From the NCBI GenBank assembly GCA_951406725.2, contig OX597819.1, positions 64,232,001-64,296,000 of the forward strand: DNA of 64,000 nucleotides, written 5' to 3'. Position numbers and translations under genes: made by a program. Positions 58,816 to 64,000 of the stretch are shown here, piece by piece; within the stretch, counting starts at the first letter, position 1; the number at the start of each line of letters is the position of its first letter. Under the pieces are notes generated by a model that was not told the origin of the DNA, did no database searches, and saw only the letters and a list, made by a program, of their open reading frames with translations. The DNA is from Octopus vulgaris (lineage: Eukaryota).

Positions 58816-60506
58816 GTATATAAGTATGTATGTATACCCTGAAATATATTTACAACTTAAATGTGTCTAACCCTTAAGTATTGATGTTGCTGTAGCTTGT
58901 AGACCCAAGAAGACATCTCCTCCAGATGGCCATTGTCACACTTTCAGTGCCCTAACAGTGTTTGCAGAGGGAAGTCATCCCTCCCATCTCCAGCCTGACG
59001 TGATACACACGGACCCGGGTTTCTGGGCACACGTGTATCTTATTCGTTAAATGCAGTTTATAAAACAGCCATATATCTGCATTGAAAATTATTCAGCTCT
59101 TATTTTTGTTTCTGCTACTGCTACATTTTCCAGTTTGTTTAATTTAATCACAAACACAGCTAAAAAAAAATAATAAATAGCTGTTAAATGTTCCGCACAC
59201 AACATTATGTAAAGACATTAATGTATTAAAATTCCAGTTGTGTTACTCCTGTAAGATTGACGACCTATGGCCAAAATCTGGTTGCCCAATGAATGCTTTT
59301 GACGACTCAGCACAATTGAAAACAGCATGAAACCGTCAGAAAATATGAAATGCTTTAGGATTAACTCCTCTTAATGATTATCATCTGTGTGATTTATGTT
59401 CACTAGTCACAAACAGAAAATCAGTAGCATGGAATCAAAAAGAATGGACCATTTCATTTCGGAAGATGCTCCCACCAAAAATACTCTCGGATATCATAAC
59501 ACAAGCTTATGTCTTTACGTTACTTCTCTGTCATCGATTACATTTCTACTGCATAGGCTGTTTTTTATTCAAAGAAATCCGATATTTGCTAATCCTGAAA
59601 ACTGGAACATACACTAGCAAACAAATACAAACACATGCATACATAAATATGCACACATACACACATAGAGAGAGAATACATTTACGCACCCACACGTATA
59701 CGGATGCACACACACATGCACACACATTAACACACACATACACGAACAGACACGAATATGTATACAGGCATATATTTAAATGTTCGGATGCTATTTCATC
59801 ACCTTGATGTATTATAAAAATAATCGATTTCTCATGTAAGAGACGTTAAAAAGTTTCAAAGTTTACAGATATATGTAAATATAAACATATTCATGTATGC
59901 ATACATAAATAAATATGTGTGTGTGTGTGCGTCCGTGTGTGTGTGTGTGTGTGTGTGTGCGTCCGTGTGTGCGTGTGTGTGTGTGTGTGTGCAAGAACTC
60001 CTATATTGCGTTCAAGACATGACTGTGTTAAATATTTATTGATTACTTCGAACAAATAAATGTTTTTTTGTTCTTGCTATGGATTTTTCCCACATTTACT
60101 TTACACGTTTGCGCATAGTTTCAATTGTTGGCCATGTACAATACCAAGTTTGGTAAAATTCAGGATATTCTGTGGTACATTAATTATCCATTCTGATTAT
60201 CCTTTGAGATCTACTACAACTCTCAGGGAGTATGCCAATAACTACAAGTATTTGAGCCGGTAAGATAGAGTCTGTTTTGGAAGATTAATGGATTTCAACT
60301 GAGATATTTATTTGATAAACTCGCATTATATTTGCCGGTAATGTTACATACAACTTCTCAATTTGGAGAAACAAGCATTTTAATTCTGGAAAGAATGAAA
60401 CAGTTAACGATCTGTTGTCTTACCAATGAGTTATTTAAACTAATCCTCAATTGCTAAACAATTCCTAAAGCGGGTCCGTTTCAAGAAATTTCCTCTGAGA
60501 AATGAA

Positions 60507-60926
60507 AAGTGGAACGGCTATTGGAAGGTAACTGCAGATTTTCCTGGGTGCCAGGTTTTCTTTCCCATCCCAATTACGAAAAAACCAGATATTTTGATGT
60601 GGTGTGAAAGAAGGAAAGTTGTAAATATAGTTAAGCTAACGGTTCCTCGTGAAGATAATATGGACACCGCTCGGGCTCGAAAATTTAACCGTTATGTAAG
60701 CCTCGTCGAGGAATGTGAAGACGCAGGCTAGAAAGCGGAACATTTTCCAATCGAAGTCGGATGTAGAGAGTTCGTTGGACTCAGTGTGAGACGACTGTTG
60801 TTATCGCGAGGCCTAACTCATCGTAAAGTGAATACCACCAAGACCGATATCCAATCTACAGTGGAGAAGGCTAGCCACTGGATTTGGTTAAAAAGAGACG
60901 ATGAGCGATGGCTAGACGGGTATTGA
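60507..60926 (+). pseudogene. 3' RLE fragment of a HERO-like non-LTR retrotransposon
   Basis: In-frame KKPDILMW..VKLTVPREDN..RKFNRYVSLVEECEDAG*KAEHFPIEVGCREFVG..EKASHWIWLKRDD with one premature TAG at 60729-31. A GC-richer 3' UTR follows to ~61060. Confidence 0.75.
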
Positions 60927-61962
60927 GCTTCATTTGATAACCAGCTAATCTAGCAAGCGGGGCCTCATATCAGTGAGGGGAGTCGGTGCGCATTGATGCC
61001 GTCGAGAGGTAGGCTCCAAAACGGCGAGCATTCTCTCCTGATGACCCCATACATTTGCTGGCTTTCGGTATACGTAGTTATTGACTGGTAGCACTTGCAC
61101 GTGCAAGTTGTTTGCAAGACATCTTATAGCTTCTTAGCTTGATAATTTTGTCCTATCTCTGCATTTTAGCTTGTTTATGTTCACGCAAATTGTTATCACG
61201 TAACCATTACTATTTCATGTTGGTCATGATATTTTTTTTCCTCCTATTTCTTTGCAATAATACATCTGTATTTGTTCCTATACTCATAGGTATTTCAGGA
61301 ATATGACGAGGTGAAACAATAAGGACATATATTCAGAGATAACTCCTTTCCGAGACGAAATGAATATTAGAATGGCAGATAACATATTTCATTTCACATA
61401 CCATAAATTTTCACGATGTTGCTCATTCCAGTAGCTATACTTAAAGTAACACGATTATTGTACAAAATAAAGTTAATATCCCTGAGAGATACATATATTT
61501 TGTCTACGTATAATACCAAACTTCAACGTAAATACTTTTCAATATTTCGATAGATGTGACATGCTGGCATGATCAAACATCAATAAACCTAATGAGAAAG
61601 AATAAGCGAAAGACAGCCGTACGCTGTATGGAAGCATGTTTCACATACCTTAAAAGCAGAAAAATATATTTTAGCATATCATATGGCCTTTTAAAATTCA
61701 AGACTGCCAATATTAAGGGGAAAATATATCTGACATTGTACGTTCTAAGTCACATATATATTATTGGTAGCTTGTGATCTTTACTATCTCGATACTGCAA
61801 AAATAAATACATCAATAACAGGTAACTGCGTTTAAAACGCGGGGTGTCGCAGATTGAAAGCAGTGAAGTATGATGTTTGGAAATTATGTTTGTTTATATC
61901 TGTCTTTCTGTCTGTCTCTCACCTCTCACTCTCTCTCTTTCCCTCTCTCAATATATATATGC

Positions 61963-62000
<38 letters not shown>

Positions 62001-62141
62001 GAAGACATAAAGACATTGTTTATACATACATACATAAATATATATGTATGTATATACATATATATATATATATCTATATATAAACATACACATACATAGA
62101 TATATATATATAGGTATATATATGTATACATATACATAATA

Positions 62142-62172
<31 letters not shown>

Positions 62173-62217
62173 CATACATATATATATGTATATATATGTG
62201 TATATATATATATGTAA

Positions 62218-62262
<45 letters not shown>

Positions 62263-62421
62263 GGGATACATTATATTTCATTCACAGATATCTACCCACA
62301 TACGCTCATGTGCACGCACATTCATTCACACACAAAATCGCTCGCAAATATGCATATATATGTTTCTATATATATATATATATATACATGCATATATATA
62401 TATATATACATTCATACATAC

Positions 62422-62455
<34 letters not shown>

Positions 62456-62867
62456 ATCGTGATGCGTTGTTTATTTTTTTAGGAACAGCGATGACAGGAG
62501 CGTAAAGAAAACACCTTCCACATTGTAAAATACACCACTTCAAACGTTGTTTATATGAGCGTCAACTCATATACTCTAAATAACCCCTTGGGGCATAGGA
62601 CAGGTAAATGCTTATAAACAACGCCATTTTATTCTTATTCTTGCATATACTTGGAGGAATTGTTCATTAGCAGCTGCGCTTTATATTATATTGTTTGATG
62701 TCAATCTTCTCTCAAAGCCTGATGGAGTATGGGAATAGATTTTCGGCACCTGTATTTGCTTTGATAAATGAATTATGTATTGTCCTAAAATAAAACCTTT
62801 TTCGGTTCAGACGGATTTCTTTTTGACCTGGTAAGAGAGAGAGGTAATATGTACCTGAATATATATA

Positions 62868-63011
62868 GGTGCAGGTGTGGCTGTGTGGTAAGAAGCTTTT
62901 TACCCAAGCACATGCATGGCTCTGGGTTTACTCCCACTTCGTGGCATCTAGGGTGAGTGTAATCTATTCTAGCCTCGGGAGTGGATGTGGGAGACGGAAG
63001 CTGAAAGAAGC

Positions 63012-63096
<85 letters not shown>

Positions 63097-63338
63097 TGTG
63101 TACATGTGTGTGCGTATGTCTGTGTGTCTGTGTGTGCATATTTGTGTGTCTGTGTTTGTCACCCGAACATCGCTTGACAACCGATGCTCATGTGTATCTT
63201 AGCAGTTCGGTAAAGGAGACCGATAGAATAAGTAGAGGGCTTAGGAAATAAGTCCTGGGTCAATGTGCTCGCTCGACTAAAGACGGTGCTCCAGCATGGC
63301 CACATTTCAATGACTGAAGCAAATAAGACAATAAATGA
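62868..63338 (+). mobile_element. Full-length SINE family B
   Basis: ggtgcaggtgtggctgtgtggtaag..gacggaagctgaaagaagc (TA/TG)n ..ggtgctccagcatggcc..gactgaagcaaataag. Confidence 0.8.
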
Positions 63339-63365
63339 ATATCTTTCTACCTATCTATATACATA

Positions 63366-63413
<48 letters not shown>

Positions 63414-63750
63414 CATATATATATACATATATATATGTATATATATATATTTATATACAATATAGAAATAATATAGAAATATATATTCATGCATACACAT
63501 ATGTGTACCTACATATGTTTCTATATACATGCATATATGGGCCCAGGAGACACCACGGAACGTAAACAGCATGAAATAAACATAAAATACGAAAACAACA
63601 TGAAATACAACATGAAACGGAAGAAGCAAACGGAAAAGAAGACAAACAACACGAAAATATGACCATTCATCAGTTGTTGGCTGTTTTCTACTTCGTATTT
63701 CGAGCATTTTCATTGGCTGAGAAGCAAGCTCCTTACACATAACCACTCTT

Positions 63751-63796
<46 letters not shown>

Positions 63797-64000
63797 GTGT
63801 ATGTGTGTGTGTGTGTGTGTGTGTGTATACAGAGAGAGTGAGGGAGAGATACTGGGGTTGGAGAAAGTAATGGAAACAGTTAATATCATAGCACCATAAT
63901 TTTGAAATACCGTCAAAAGCTTTTTTATTTTTATGCTTTTTGTGTTATTATTAGCATTACTTAATGTGTTTTATTAAACTTGCCGTTTCTTTTCAGATAT

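Overview
Eukaryotic, AT-rich, microsatellite-saturated DNA with no host gene exon that I can support. The SINE families and repeat landscape point to an octopus genome; this is an inference. Nearly all ORFs in the supplied track are microsatellite translation artefacts. The real content is mobile DNA: (i) a near-intact ~4 kb R4/Dong-clade RLE non-LTR retrotransposon (27.6-31.6 kb, minus strand) sitting in a stack of same-orientation R4/Dong 3' fragments in (TAA)n tracts; (ii) a 2.5 kb defective hAT DNA transposon with an 8-bp TSD; (iii) relics of HERO-, L2-, Penelope- and Helitron-like elements; (iv) many copies of two tRNA-derived SINE families. The most striking observation is a ~482-nt tandem repeat at 43.1-45.0 kb, embedded in (TA)n. 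Every unit carries an identical, fully paired type I hammerhead ribozyme (stem I UUCUUA/UAAGAA, CUGACGA, stem II AUCUAU/AUAGAU, GAAA, palindromic stem III, GUA cleavage site), and the rest of the unit folds into several hairpins. Three ribozymes lie head-to-tail on the plus strand and one complete inverted copy lies on the minus strand. This is the architecture of a non-LTR retrozyme, a self-cleaving element that can produce circRNA. A 188-bp perfect-arm palindrome (53.4-53.8 kb) and several degenerate minimal hammerhead motifs are also present.
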